64,000 nt of DNA from Candidatus Moraniibacteriota bacterium (GTDB taxonomy: Bacteria; Patescibacteriota; Minisyncoccia; Moranbacterales; UBA1568): the NCBI GenBank assembly GCA_016699385.1, contig CP064974.1, positions 404,466-468,465 of the forward strand. The letters run 5' to 3'. The notes under the pieces were generated by a model, which saw only the letters and a program-made list of their open reading frames with translations, made no database searches and was not told the origin of the DNA. Every line of letters begins with the position of its first letter. Within the stretch, counting starts at the first letter, position 1. Position numbers and translations under genes: made by a program. Shown one piece after another: positions 1-9,934 of this stretch.

Positions 1-2
1 AA

Positions 3-506
3 TTGCGCGATGATATCGATCCCAACCGGACGCTCAAGGCTGGTGCTTTGGGAAGAATTGTCGTTTTTATGAAGAGTTTTTTGTTTGGCGAGAATCGTGT
101 TTCCCTCGTGGAGCAGCGCTGGGATATGCAGGTACGGGATTTTCACACGCTCTTTGGCAAGTACCCCGATGGATTGAACTCGCATGAACACACACATTTT
201 TTTCCATTGTATTTTGGAATGTTTCTGCGGATTGCAAAGAAGTATAATATTTCCTTCGTTCGATTTGGGAGGGAATCCTTTTCGGGAAATACGGCCGTAT
301 CTACTATTTTGAATGTGCTTCGTTTTGTGGAGAGGCGCGCCTTCTCTCAATCAGGACTTGCCTCATCGGACGCTCTAGTGAGTTTTGATTGGATAGGGTC
401 GTTCGATATGCTTGATACCTACCCGAAAGACAAAACTATTGAAATCTTGTTTCACCCGGAGCGAGACGAAGAGATGGAGTTTCTCGAGCAAAACTTTCTT
501 TTGTAA
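3..506 (+). CDS. YdjC/ChbG-family carbohydrate deacetylase, C-terminal fragment (5' end outside window)
   Basis: The motif LNSHEHTHFFPLYF resembles the LDSHHHVHMFPQIF metal-binding region of ChbG/YdjC. The ORF is open to the window edge. Confidence 0.45.
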   Translation: MRDDIDPNRTLKAGALGRIVVFMKSFLFGENRVSLVEQRWDMQVRDFHTLFGKYPDGLNSHEHTHFFPLYFGMFLRIAKKYNISFVRFGRESFSGNTAVSTILNVLRFVERRAFSQSGLASSDALVSFDWIGSFDMLDTYPKDKTIEILFHPERDEEMEFLEQNFLL

Positions 507-599
507 TCTACGTGGTAGAATTGCTCCTGATTTTTTGAAAAGAGAATTCTATTTGCTTAGTATTAAGTATCTGTTTACGTATACTCTTATATTTTTCAT

Positions 600-2216
600 A
601 TGCGCACGGTGACACTCTTTATTGAAAGAATTCGAAATGAAAAGCGACTGCAGTATATTCTCCTTGCCGGTATCGTTATTCTCGGGATATTTCTGCGGAC
701 ATTTCACTTTCAATCGTGGATGGAATTTTCTCCAGATCAGGCGCGTGACGCGACGCTCATTGGTGAGGTGATTTCCGGTCAGGAGCCACTCCCGCTTCTC
801 GGTGCAGAGTCTGGAAACACAAGATTCGATCTCGGTCCCATGCCCTATCACTGGCAGTATCTCTCCGGACTGCTTTTTGGTTCTGAGCCGTACAATTTGG
901 CATACCCAGATCTCATATTCTCAATTCTTGCAATTGTTCTCTTCTTCTTTTTGATGCAAAAATACTTTACTGCGGAGATTTCGCTTCTCTTGACGCTGCT
1001 TATGAGCGTCTCCTTCTTTATCGTGAAGTATTCTCGATTTGCTTGGAATCCCAATGCGGCGCCGTTCTTCTCACTTCTCTTTGTTTTCTCACTTCTTGCA
1101 GCGATCGATCCAAAAAACAAAGGGAAACTATTGTGGCCAGCACTCATCGGCACTTCAATGGGGGTTGCTATTCAGCTACATACGCTTTTTATCTTTATTC
1201 TTCCTGTGGTTGCTGGAGTAGGATTTCTTTTGTGGATACAGCGCGGACTGTTTTCTTGGCGAGGGATATTCCTTTTGCTCGCCTGTTTCCTTGCTATGAA
1301 CTGGGCGCAGATATATCGCGATGTGAATCATAACTATTCGAATTCGAATCGCTTCTTGAAGGCGCTCACGAATACTTCTTCTGGAAGTAGTGAAAGTGCT
1401 TTTTCGAGGAATATAGACGAGGCAACCGCATGTGAAGTACAGTCGGGTGTCTATATGCTCTCATCGTGGGGGAATCTCGGGAAATGTGAACCGTGGGAAG
1501 TGGTATTACGGCAACATGATGTTGAAATACGAGCAACCTTTGTTTTTGGAGTTCTCCTTATTTTCGGTGGGTACGTTTTGTTTGGTCGGTATTTGTGGCA
1601 AGAAATTGATGATCGACGGCGTGACTTTCTCCTCATCCTCGCCGTGTATGCAGTGGTATCTTTTGTGATAAGTATTCCAATTATCACTCAGGTCTCTACT
1701 CGATACTATATCACCTCGTTCTTTCTTCCGTTTGTGCTTGTCGGATTGTGGATGAAATTCTTGAGTGGCAGATTTGGGAAAACAAGCGTTATCTTCGCAA
1801 TTGCTATGGCATCATTTTTTCTCCTTCTACTTGCAGGAAATGTCCGATCGCTTTCTGTGTGGTCATGGAAACTTGCGCACGGATCAGCAAGTGATTCCAA
1901 AACGGTATTTTATACGGAGATGCGTGACATAATGAGTTATATGGAAGCAACTTTGCCACAGCGAGATATCGGACTTCTCGGGAGCCATGATTCCATGTCG
2001 AGATTTTTCAAGCCACTCAACTATCTTGCAGAGCATGATAAGGTTTCGCTTGTTGATCTCTCCAATAAGCATCGGGAACCTCAAGGGAAGTTTTTCTATA
2101 TAGGTGAATCTATACCCGAATCAGACTTGCAATCGATGACATCTTACAAAGGGTACCGATTGGAAGGGCATCGAATATTCGGACAGATTATGGTTCTCAC
2201 ACTATACGCTGATTGA
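600..2216 (+). CDS. Polytopic GT-C membrane glycosyltransferase (PMT_2 / ArnT / GT39-like, polyprenyl-phosphate-sugar dependent)
   Basis: 538 aa with many predicted TM helices. The N-terminal region (FHFQSWMEFSPDQARDA, aromatic-rich first loop) is typical of the PMT/ArnT family. A paralog follows in tandem. Confidence 0.55.
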   Translation: MRTVTLFIERIRNEKRLQYILLAGIVILGIFLRTFHFQSWMEFSPDQARDATLIGEVISGQEPLPLLGAESGNTRFDLGPMPYHWQYLSGLLFGSEPYNLAYPDLIFSILAIVLFFFLMQKYFTAEISLLLTLLMSVSFFIVKYSRFAWNPNAAPFFSLLFVFSLLAAIDPKNKGKLLWPALIGTSMGVAIQLHTLFIFILPVVAGVGFLLWIQRGLFSWRGIFLLLACFLAMNWAQIYRDVNHNYSNSNRFLKALTNTSSGSSESAFSRNIDEATACEVQSGVYMLSSWGNLGKCEPWEVVLRQHDVEIRATFVFGVLLIFGGYVLFGRYLWQEIDDRRRDFLLILAVYAVVSFVISIPIITQVSTRYYITSFFLPFVLVGLWMKFLSGRFGKTSVIFAIAMASFFLLLLAGNVRSLSVWSWKLAHGSASDSKTVFYTEMRDIMSYMEATLPQRDIGLLGSHDSMSRFFKPLNYLAEHDKVSLVDLSNKHREPQGKFFYIGESIPESDLQSMTSYKGYRLEGHRIFGQIMVLTLYAD

Positions 2217-2241
2217 ATGGAGTTTTTTTGGAAACTTTTCT

Positions 2242-4146
2242 ATGGTATTTCCGAAATTTCAGTGGAGTCCCCGGATTACTCTGGTATTCCTTCTCGGTGT
2301 TATCGTTATCATAAATCTTTCGTTTGGATTGCCTCGTATTGCGCGATTCTCTGCTGTTGATGAACATCTCTGGACCTATGATCGAGTGCCGAGATTTTGG
2401 CGAGCGGTTGAGAAGGGTGACTGGAGAAAGACTGATATTAACGACAAGCCAGGTATCACCATCGCGCTTGTCTCGGGTGTGGGACTTCTCTTCTCTGATC
2501 CTGTATCACATGAATCCGCTCGTACTGCAGAGAAAGATGCGGTCGCTTTGGACCAAGTATATCGTATTGATGCATCGTTTCGATTTCCGGTGTATATATT
2601 TTCGCTTTGCATGATTCCGGTTTTCTTTTTTCTGATCTGGCGGCTTTTTGAGGATAGGTGGATTGCATTTTTTGCGACAGCCTTCACGTTTCTCTCTCCA
2701 ATCCTTCTTGGCATATCGCTCATTGTGAATCCCGATTCTTTTCTGTGGCTATTTCTTCCATGTTCATTGATCAGCTTCCTCGTCTTTCTCAAGAGGGAGG
2801 TGTATGGCTATGCTCTCTTGAGCGGCTTTTTCCTTGGGCTTGCTTTGCTTACAAAGTATGTTGCCACGATTCTCTTTCCGTTCCTTTTCCTTTCAATATT
2901 TTTGGCTCGAATATTCCCGCTACAAAAGCAGACCGCGGTTTCTACCGATGGCGTATCTCACAGGAAGGCTTTGCGAATCGGGATTTTGGGATATTCTGTG
3001 ATGATTCTTGCTTCGATTGCTACGATTACAATATTCTATCCCGCTGTCTGGGTATCGTTTAATATGCTTCTCCAGACGACATTTCTGAGTCGCCCAATGG
3101 CATCAATATGGCCGTTTCTCCTCGCAGGTATCTTGGGTGTTTCAGTCGAAGTTTTTCCTCTGAAAGCATTCATCTCTAGAAGAGTAGTACATGCACTCTC
3201 TCGATATCGAAATTTATGTGGAGCAATGGTTGCTAGTCTTTTTTTGGTCGCCATGCTCTTTGTCTTTGCAAACGTTTATATGGGTATGCGATGGATAGAT
3301 TTCCCTTCTCTCCTTGCTGTACCGAAGGCGTCGGGGGTGTGGAACATTTCTGACCTTTTTGCAGGCGCCTTGACCGGACTTTATGGACTTGTATTTGGAA
3401 TAACTCCAGTAGTGCTTGCCTTTTTTATTTTAGCAGTGACGCTCCTTATCTCCATCAAACATACCTCATCTCAAAACCAACAGAATCAATTGACGACGCT
3501 CATCCTTCTTATATTTATCAGTATCTACTACCTTGCTTCGGCAGTAAATTTTGTCGATGCGACTGTACGGTATCAGATATCCCTCTACCCACTTGCATCA
3601 ATTATTGCCGCGATAGGTGTTGTGCAGTGGTATAAATGGACTCGCACGCGGTTCCGCGCCGATATTTCTGTAATTGCTATTGTGATTATTGCCTGCTCCT
3701 CTGGAAGTCTTCTCTTGATTCGTCCGTATTTTTTTTCCTATGCTTCCTCGTTCTTGCCGCGGCAGTATATCCTCAACATGAAGGATATGGGAAATGGAAG
3801 TTATGAGGCATCGCAGTACCTTAATGCATTGCCTGAAGCAGAGAGACTTTCTATTTGGACTGATAAGGTTGCGGTGTGCGAGCACTTCGTTGGTCGCTGT
3901 TCCTACAGTATCAAGCAGAAGAATTTGCAGGAGCAACACTTTGATTACTTCGTCCTGTCATTTGGAAGGCGTCAGAAATCGCTCGGTTTTACCAATCTTC
4001 GACAGGTGACCGATGCGGATTTTCTGCGAGCGATGACATTTTATGACTCAGACAACTTCGAAGGACAGAGCATCTTTATTGGCGGACGGACAGCGAATTT
4101 CGTAAAAATAATTCGAAATAATTCGACTGCTTCGGACTATTTGTAA
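2242..4146 (+). CDS. Second GT-C membrane glycosyltransferase (PMT_2 / ArnT-like), tandem paralog
   Basis: 634 aa polytopic protein. N-terminal DEHLWTYDRVPRFW plus multiple TM helices match the PMT/ArnT layout. It lies 26 bp downstream of the previous gene on the same strand. Confidence 0.55.
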   Translation: MVFPKFQWSPRITLVFLLGVIVIINLSFGLPRIARFSAVDEHLWTYDRVPRFWRAVEKGDWRKTDINDKPGITIALVSGVGLLFSDPVSHESARTAEKDAVALDQVYRIDASFRFPVYIFSLCMIPVFFFLIWRLFEDRWIAFFATAFTFLSPILLGISLIVNPDSFLWLFLPCSLISFLVFLKREVYGYALLSGFFLGLALLTKYVATILFPFLFLSIFLARIFPLQKQTAVSTDGVSHRKALRIGILGYSVMILASIATITIFYPAVWVSFNMLLQTTFLSRPMASIWPFLLAGILGVSVEVFPLKAFISRRVVHALSRYRNLCGAMVASLFLVAMLFVFANVYMGMRWIDFPSLLAVPKASGVWNISDLFAGALTGLYGLVFGITPVVLAFFILAVTLLISIKHTSSQNQQNQLTTLILLIFISIYYLASAVNFVDATVRYQISLYPLASIIAAIGVVQWYKWTRTRFRADISVIAIVIIACSSGSLLLIRPYFFSYASSFLPRQYILNMKDMGNGSYEASQYLNALPEAERLSIWTDKVAVCEHFVGRCSYSIKQKNLQEQHFDYFVLSFGRRQKSLGFTNLRQVTDADFLRAMTFYDSDNFEGQSIFIGGRTANFVKIIRNNSTASDYL

Positions 4147-4163
4147 TACCCATTGGAATTGGT

Positions 4164-5681
4164 ATGAAGAATACGAAAAACTTTTTGATTATCATTATCA
4201 TTTTCTGCGTGTTTTTTGCGACGAGCATGATGTTTTTTCGATACCATTCTCAAAAAGAGAAGGGTGGTGACAATAACAATTCTCCACAAGGAGAATTGTT
4301 GAGATCTCATGATGAGGACTTATTTCCACAGACACTCTCTCTCGCTGAGCCAGTATTTCAGGACAGGGTATGCAATATAGTTGACTATGGAGCGGTGGGT
4401 GGTGGAAAAATAATGAATACTCACGCCTTCGCTGCTGCAATAGCCGATTGTGCGAAACTCGGTGGCGGCGAAGTCCTTGTGCCATCCGGAGTATGGCTTA
4501 CAGGAGCAATTGCTTTGGAGAGCAATATACAATTGCACCTCGATAAGGGCGCAAAGATTCTTTTTAGCGGTAATATTGATGAATATCTCCCACTCGTTCG
4601 TTCGCGATTTGAAGGAGTTGAATACTACAATTATTCATCGCCTCTTTCGGCGAGAAATGCAAAGAATGTCGCCATAACCGGCGAAGGGACGATTGACGGA
4701 CAGGCTGAGAAATCTTGGTGGACATCTATTGATGAACCAATTGTCACAACGTCCATGTCGGAACTCTACCGCATGGGACAAGATGGTGTGCCACTTGAGA
4801 ACCGTATTTTTGGAAAGGACAAGGGTCTTCGTCCGGCATTTGTCGAATTTTTCGAATGCAATACAGTGTTAATTGATGGCGTTACTTTTGTGAACGGTCC
4901 CATGTGGACGATTCACCCGCTCTACAGCGACACGGTTTCCATTCGCAATATCACTATTCGGACACGCGACGGACGGAATACAGACGGCATCGTGGTTGAC
5001 TCCTCACGAAATGTCTCTATTGAAGATTCTCACTTCTCCACCGGTGATGATGCGATAGCTATCAAATCTGGTAGAGACAATGACGGCATGCGTGTCGGGA
5101 GACCTTCGGAGAATATTCTCATAAAAAATTGTACCGTTGAAGAGGCGCATGCTGCTCTCGCTCTCGGAAGTGAAGTGTCTGGCGGAGTACGAGACATCTT
5201 TGTTGATACGATTCACGTCAAGGACGCAGACTTTGGCATTCGCATGAAATCAAGCTTGGGTCGTGGCGCTTCAGTTCAGGCAATTCGAATTCGAAACATC
5301 ACCATTGATAATGCAAGGATTGCTGCTATCGAATTGGATCAAATGACGGGAGAAAATGTTTCCGTCGGAACCGCTCTCACGGATTTCGGTGACATTCATA
5401 TTGAAAATATTGCTTGTGGTTGGACGAGGAAACCAATCTTAATCAATGGTTCTCCGGAGAAACCCCCACATGATATATCGCTGACACACCTCTCAATTTC
5501 TGCAAGTGGCACCGCATTCATGGAGAATGTTCGCAATGTACGTATAGAGAATCTTACTCTAAATTCGTCACGCAAGGGAAAGGAATCAGGGATAGAAATC
5601 GCTGACAGCGAACAGGTTGTAATACGTCAAACGAATCTCCCAAAAGAAAAAATCATTTGTAGAAGTGGTTGCATGTATTGA
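4164..5681 (+). CDS. Glycoside hydrolase family 28 (polygalacturonase-like, right-handed beta-helix) with N-terminal membrane anchor
   Basis: Canonical GH28 motifs are present: NTDG (RNTDGIVVD), GDDAIAIKSG, and a conserved G-S-E-V-SGG segment. An N-terminal hydrophobic segment FLIIIIIFCVFFATSMMFF is present. Confidence 0.7.
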   Translation: MKNTKNFLIIIIIFCVFFATSMMFFRYHSQKEKGGDNNNSPQGELLRSHDEDLFPQTLSLAEPVFQDRVCNIVDYGAVGGGKIMNTHAFAAAIADCAKLGGGEVLVPSGVWLTGAIALESNIQLHLDKGAKILFSGNIDEYLPLVRSRFEGVEYYNYSSPLSARNAKNVAITGEGTIDGQAEKSWWTSIDEPIVTTSMSELYRMGQDGVPLENRIFGKDKGLRPAFVEFFECNTVLIDGVTFVNGPMWTIHPLYSDTVSIRNITIRTRDGRNTDGIVVDSSRNVSIEDSHFSTGDDAIAIKSGRDNDGMRVGRPSENILIKNCTVEEAHAALALGSEVSGGVRDIFVDTIHVKDADFGIRMKSSLGRGASVQAIRIRNITIDNARIAAIELDQMTGENVSVGTALTDFGDIHIENIACGWTRKPILINGSPEKPPHDISLTHLSISASGTAFMENVRNVRIENLTLNSSRKGKESGIEIADSEQVVIRQTNLPKEKIICRSGCMY

Positions 5682-5733
5682 GGAACATTTTCTCTGAAAG
5701 TGAACGTTCGGGAGTGTAGAAAAAAATGAATCG

Positions 5734-6672
5734 TCACTTGTTTTTCCGAACAATATAGAGCGGGCGACCAAGGACTTCTCGGTGGATGTTCTCGATATAG
5801 AGCGAGAGAAGCCCAATAGACATAAGGAGAATGCCGACGAGAAAGACGATGAAAATGGCGAGATTCTCTGCATCGGAGAATGTTGAGGCAAAATGCGCGT
5901 GAAAAAAATATTTCCCAATCATAATATAGAATCCGGCAATGCCTGAAATAGCTGTGATACAAATACCGAGATATCCGGCAAGTCGAAGCGGGAGGAGGCT
6001 GAGTGAAACGAAACTATTAAAAGCAAGCCGTGCAAGCTTCCAGAAGTTGTAGCTCGCTGTCCCATGGAGGCGTTCATTTGCATCAAAGAAAACATAGGTG
6101 CGTTTGAAACCAAGCCAATCGATGAGTCCGCGCGTCATGCGATTGACCTCGGTGAGGCGGTTGAATTCGTCGACAACCACTCGGTCGAGCAATCGGAAAT
6201 CGGTTGAATTTGGCACGATCTTTGTCTCGACAATTTTGTTGAGCACAGCGTAGAAGACCGTGGAACCGAGCTTCTTGACCCACGAGTCGCTCCGGCTTTT
6301 GTTTCGGACACCAACGACGACTTCAAAGCCCGCTTCCCATTGCTTGACGAATTCGGGGATGAGTTCGATTGGATGCTGCAAATCGGCATCCATGAGGATG
6401 CACGCATCGCCGGTCGCATGATTGAGTCCTGCTGTTGTCGCAATTTCTTTGCCGAAGTTTCGTGAGAAATCGAGATAGCGTATGTGATCATTATCAGTCG
6501 ATGCCTGCTTCATGGCATCAAGCGTTTCATCAGTGCTCCCATCGTTTACGAAAAGAATTTCGTAGGAATAGCCACTTCCGAGCGATTCAAGCACCGGCAC
6601 TACTTGCGCACAGAGGGCAGGAATATTCTCTGCTTCATTGTGCGCCGGAATGATGAGGGAAATCGTTTTCAT
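5734..6672 (-). CDS. GT2 polyprenyl-phosphate sugar synthase (dolichol-phosphate mannosyltransferase / GtrB-like) with C-terminal TM helices
   Basis: Shows the ISLIIPAHNEAENI...DGSTD...DADLQH motif set of GT2 DPM1/GtrB enzymes, plus two C-terminal TM helices. The ORF track extends to 6771, but the conserved fold begins at the internal Met (MKTISLII), so the start was placed there. Confidence 0.75.
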   Translation of the reverse strand: MKTISLIIPAHNEAENIPALCAQVVPVLESLGSGYSYEILFVNDGSTDETLDAMKQASTDNDHIRYLDFSRNFGKEIATTAGLNHATGDACILMDADLQHPIELIPEFVKQWEAGFEVVVGVRNKSRSDSWVKKLGSTVFYAVLNKIVETKIVPNSTDFRLLDRVVVDEFNRLTEVNRMTRGLIDWLGFKRTYVFFDANERLHGTASYNFWKLARLAFNSFVSLSLLPLRLAGYLGICITAISGIAGFYIMIGKYFFHAHFASTFSDAENLAIFIVFLVGILLMSIGLLSLYIENIHREVLGRPLYIVRKNK

Positions 6673-6874
6673 AGAGTAAAGTAGCCAATATTTTGCCACG
6701 CCTTGATTAATGAGGGAAGAATGTCTTTCTGCTCTCAAGTATAACGCGAGCTTTCGTGAGATGCAAAGCACGGTCTATTTTGGTTGGATTTTTCTTGCCA
6801 TTTCGGCAGTTCTTTGATAAGCTGGTCGAAGCGGTAAAAACGGTGTCGTTTTGTGTGTTAGATAGTGAGAGAGA

Positions 6875-6948
6875 GGACAATTAGCTCAGCTGGTTAGAGC
6901 GCTGCATTCACATTGCAGAGGTCGCTGGTTCGAGTCCAGCATTGTCCA
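6875..6948 (+). tRNA. tRNA-Val (anticodon CAC)
   Basis: Manual cloverleaf: 7-bp acceptor GGACAAT/ATTGTCC, D-arm GCTC/GAGC, anticodon stem CTGCA/TGCAG with loop TTCACAT, T-arm GCTGG-TTCGAGT-CCAGC. No encoded CCA. Confidence 0.8.
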
Positions 6949-6977
6949 CAAGTTCCATGATTTTTTAGAGAATTCTT

Positions 6978-7424
6978 ATGCAGACAAAGGTAGTGTTTAT
7001 GCAGACGGTGGAAGGGGTTGCGAAGGTGGGAGATGTCAGAGTTGTTCCGGCAGGGTATGCTCGCAACTTTCTCTTTCCTCGCGAGCTTGCCGAGCCAGGG
7101 ACAGAACAGGCTCTCAAGCGTGCCGAGATGCGTCAAGCGCAGGAGGCAAAGAAAGAGAATGACTTGCTTTCCAAGGTGAAGGAAGAGTCGCAAGCACTTC
7201 GCGAACGAGAGGTTCGTATCGGCGTCAAGGAGAAAGACGGCGTTATGTTTGGCTCGGTCACTGCCAAGGATATCGTCAAGGCGCTCGAGAAGGATGGTGT
7301 GATTATCTCAGAGAAACACATTATTCTGCCAAAGCCACTCAAGACACTTGGTGAACATGAGCTCACTGCCGACTTTGGTCATGGCATATCGGTACCATTT
7401 GTGGTACTCTTAAAGGGCGAGTAA
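6978..7424 (+). CDS. rplI: 50S ribosomal protein L9
   Basis: The N-terminal M-x-KVVF...GDVRVVPAGYARNFLFPRELA matches the L9 N-domain, and the C-terminal domain has a GE ending. An alternative in-frame start lies at 6999. Confidence 0.85.
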   Translation: MQTKVVFMQTVEGVAKVGDVRVVPAGYARNFLFPRELAEPGTEQALKRAEMRQAQEAKKENDLLSKVKEESQALREREVRIGVKEKDGVMFGSVTAKDIVKALEKDGVIISEKHIILPKPLKTLGEHELTADFGHGISVPFVVLLKGE

Positions 7425-7461
7425 GAAAAGAGAAAAAAGCACCTTTTAGACTTTTTCGGGG

Positions 7462-7483
7462 GAGCCGCTTCTAGAAGCGGCTC
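7462..7483 (+). terminator. Hairpin after rplI (GAGCCGCTTC-TA-GAAGCGGCTC) followed by a T-rich stretch
   Basis: A perfect 10-bp inverted repeat seen in the sequence. The T-tract is weak. Confidence 0.4.
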
Positions 7484-7660
7484 TCTGTCTTTATGAGAGA
7501 TGGTGAAGAATAGAGACAAACAAAAACTAATGTCACTTCGCATAAGATCCTACTAAGAAAATCTGTTTCTCTGAAAAATAGTGTGGAAAGTTTAATCGTA
7601 TCGATACTTTTTTAACAGGTTCTAAGGTGAGTTAAATAATTCGGTAATGAGTGAAATGCT

Positions 7661-9316
7661 ATGACAAAGCCAAAGAAAAAACACACACGTTTTATTTTCG
7701 TTGTTGGGGGAGTGATGAGTGGCGTGGGGAAGGGGATAGCGTCGTCATCAATTGGGAGAATACTCTCATCGCGTGGTTTCAATGTGACGGCACTCAAGAT
7801 CGATCCGTATATAAATGTCGACGCAGGCACCATGAATCCGACGGAACACGGCGAAGTATTCGTGCTCCAAGATGGATATGAAACTGATCAGGATATGGGA
7901 AATTACGAGCGGTTTCTTGGGAAGAGTCTCTCGCGAGAGAACTACATGACGACCGGAAGCGTATATCAGTCGGTCATAAATCGCGAGCGAAATCTGAAGT
8001 ACAACGGAGCATGTGTCGAAGTCGTGCCGCATATTCCGCTTGAAGTGATTGCTCGCATCAAACGTGCCGCTCAGAATGACGACGCGGATATTGCTATCAT
8101 AGAAATCGGCGGAACTATTGGTGAATACCAAAATATTCTTTTTCTCGAGGCGGCCCGAATGATGAAAATCAATCGACCAGAGGATGTGCTCTTTGTGCTT
8201 GTCAGCTATTTGCCAGTTCCCAACAAAATCGGTGAGATGAAAACAAAGCCGACGCAATATGCGGCACGAACATTAAATGGCGCCGGTATTCAGCCAGATA
8301 TCATCATTGCGCGAAGCGATCATTCGCTCGACGAGAAACGCAAAGAAAAAATTGCCGTCTTCTGCAATGTGAAGAAAGAGGATGTGGTGAGTGCGCCGGA
8401 TGTGGAAAGCATCTATGACGTTCCGGTCAATTTTGAAAAAGATAATCTCAGCACGCTTCTTCTCAAGAAACTCTCTCTTCGAGCGAAGACGAAGGATATG
8501 AAGCAGTGGAACAGTCTTGTCTCACGCATTCACGGACTCCAAGAAACCGTGAAAATTGGTATCGTGGGGAAATACTTCAAGACCGGGGATTTCGTACTCT
8601 CCGATGTATATATCAGCGTCATCGAAGCAATCAAACACGCTGCCTATTCGCTTCGTCGGAAGCCGATTATTGAGTGGCTCGACAGTGGCACATATGAAAG
8701 CGACCCGAGTTCTCTCAAAGAACTCTCGAACTACGACGGCATTCTGATTCCTGGAGGATTTGGATCGCGAGGTATCGAAGGGAAAATCGCCGCTATTGAG
8801 TATTGCCGTGAGAAGAAAATCCCGTATTTCGGACTTTGCTATGGCATGCAGCTTGCTGTGATCGAATATGCCCGCAACGTTGCCGGGCTCAAGGGTGCCA
8901 ATACCGTAGAAATCGATGAACATGCCGTGCACCCAATCATTGATATCATGCCAGAGCAAAAGGAGCGCCTCCGGAAGAAAGAGTACGGCGCAACTATGCG
9001 ACTGGGCGCCTATCCGGCAACGCTCAAGAAGGACACGCTTGCTCGGAGTGCCTATGGAAGAAAGGATATATCCGAACGTCATCGTCATCGATATGAGGTA
9101 AATCCCGAATACATCGAGCAATTGGAGAAGGCGGGCATCGTATTCTCCGGCACGTCGCCAGACGGCACGCTCATGGAAATCGCCGAGCTTCCACACGAGC
9201 AACACCCATTCTTTCTCGGTACACAATTTCACCCCGAGTTCCAATCTGCACCACTTAGCCCGCACCCGCTTTTCGTCGAATTTGTGAAAGCGTGTATACT
9301 AAAATCAGGGAAGTAA
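7661..9316 (+). CDS. pyrG: CTP synthase
   Basis: Full-length 551 aa protein. An N-terminal synthetase domain (FVVGGVMSGVGKGI) and a C-terminal glutamine amidotransferase domain (GLCYGMQ, HPEF) are both present. Confidence 0.95.
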   Translation: MTKPKKKHTRFIFVVGGVMSGVGKGIASSSIGRILSSRGFNVTALKIDPYINVDAGTMNPTEHGEVFVLQDGYETDQDMGNYERFLGKSLSRENYMTTGSVYQSVINRERNLKYNGACVEVVPHIPLEVIARIKRAAQNDDADIAIIEIGGTIGEYQNILFLEAARMMKINRPEDVLFVLVSYLPVPNKIGEMKTKPTQYAARTLNGAGIQPDIIIARSDHSLDEKRKEKIAVFCNVKKEDVVSAPDVESIYDVPVNFEKDNLSTLLLKKLSLRAKTKDMKQWNSLVSRIHGLQETVKIGIVGKYFKTGDFVLSDVYISVIEAIKHAAYSLRRKPIIEWLDSGTYESDPSSLKELSNYDGILIPGGFGSRGIEGKIAAIEYCREKKIPYFGLCYGMQLAVIEYARNVAGLKGANTVEIDEHAVHPIIDIMPEQKERLRKKEYGATMRLGAYPATLKKDTLARSAYGRKDISERHRHRYEVNPEYIEQLEKAGIVFSGTSPDGTLMEIAELPHEQHPFFLGTQFHPEFQSAPLSPHPLFVEFVKACILKSGK

Positions 9317-9330
9317 TGTGATTTCGGAGA

Positions 9331-9339
9331 TTGTATAAT
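9331..9339 (+). promoter_or_regulatory. Candidate extended -10 element (TGTATAAT)
   Basis: A perfect TGnTATAAT lies in the pyrG downstream spacer, upstream of the next ORF. No convincing -35 was found. Confidence 0.25.
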
Positions 9340-9395
9340 TGCATAAGAGACAAAATATATCACGTGTTTTCGTGAATAAACTATCATACAAAAGT

Positions 9396-9833
9396 ATGGA
9401 ACACGTTGAGACTGCTCGCTATCAGATAGTAGGAGGTGGAGCTGAAGAAAATCGAGAAGCAATATCAGAGTGGTTCGACAAGGAATTTCAGACGTGCCTT
9501 ATCGAGAAAATAGCGAGAATGTCATTGCCCGATGAGAAAGAATGGGATTCCCTTGGATTACTAGAGAAGAATCAATTGAGAATGGGGATCATTATGGGAG
9601 GTTTTTCTGAATGGTATAGACAGCAGGGCATCTCTCAACGTTTTACGAGGGATCTGGAAAAGTTTTCAGAAATTTCTAAACTTCACGAAAAACATGGGGT
9701 ATCGATGGCAATAAATGATGCTGAAAAAGAATCGCGCCGATTCGAAATGCAAAAAGATTTCTCTGCATTTACAGAAGGAATACCTGAGGAATGGGAAGCT
9801 TCTCATCTGTCAGAGGGTATTACTCAACATTGA
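9396..9833 (+). CDS. Hypothetical cytoplasmic protein
   Basis: An ORF of 145-164 aa with no recognised motif. The start is uncertain: the track gives 9339, but that Met overlaps the candidate -10 element. Confidence 0.35.
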   Translation: MEHVETARYQIVGGGAEENREAISEWFDKEFQTCLIEKIARMSLPDEKEWDSLGLLEKNQLRMGIIMGGFSEWYRQQGISQRFTRDLEKFSEISKLHEKHGVSMAINDAEKESRRFEMQKDFSAFTEGIPEEWEASHLSEGITQH

Positions 9834-9873
9834 GGGTTTGAGAATCTGCGTTGTAGAAAGAAACAAATCAATC

Positions 9874-9904
9874 AAAAAATCACCAGGAAAAACGGTGATT
9901 TTTT
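9874..9904. terminator. Bidirectional rho-independent terminator (AAAAAATCACC-loop-GGTGATTTTTT)
   Basis: A 6-bp GC-containing stem is flanked by an A-run and a T-run. It sits between convergent genes 9396-9833 (+) and rpmA (-). Confidence 0.55.
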
Positions 9905-9934
9905 GATTGAAAAAAGAGGAGAATGTACTTCTTC

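Noticed and set aside
6673-6771. N-terminal 33-codon extension of the GT2 gene (alternative GTG start shown as M in the track)
   Set aside because: The conserved GT2 fold begins at the internal Met (MKTISLIIPAH). The extension has no homology and runs towards the tRNA region.
8522-9265. 247-aa minus-strand ORF
   Set aside because: It is antisense to pyrG, which is full length with both catalytic domains.
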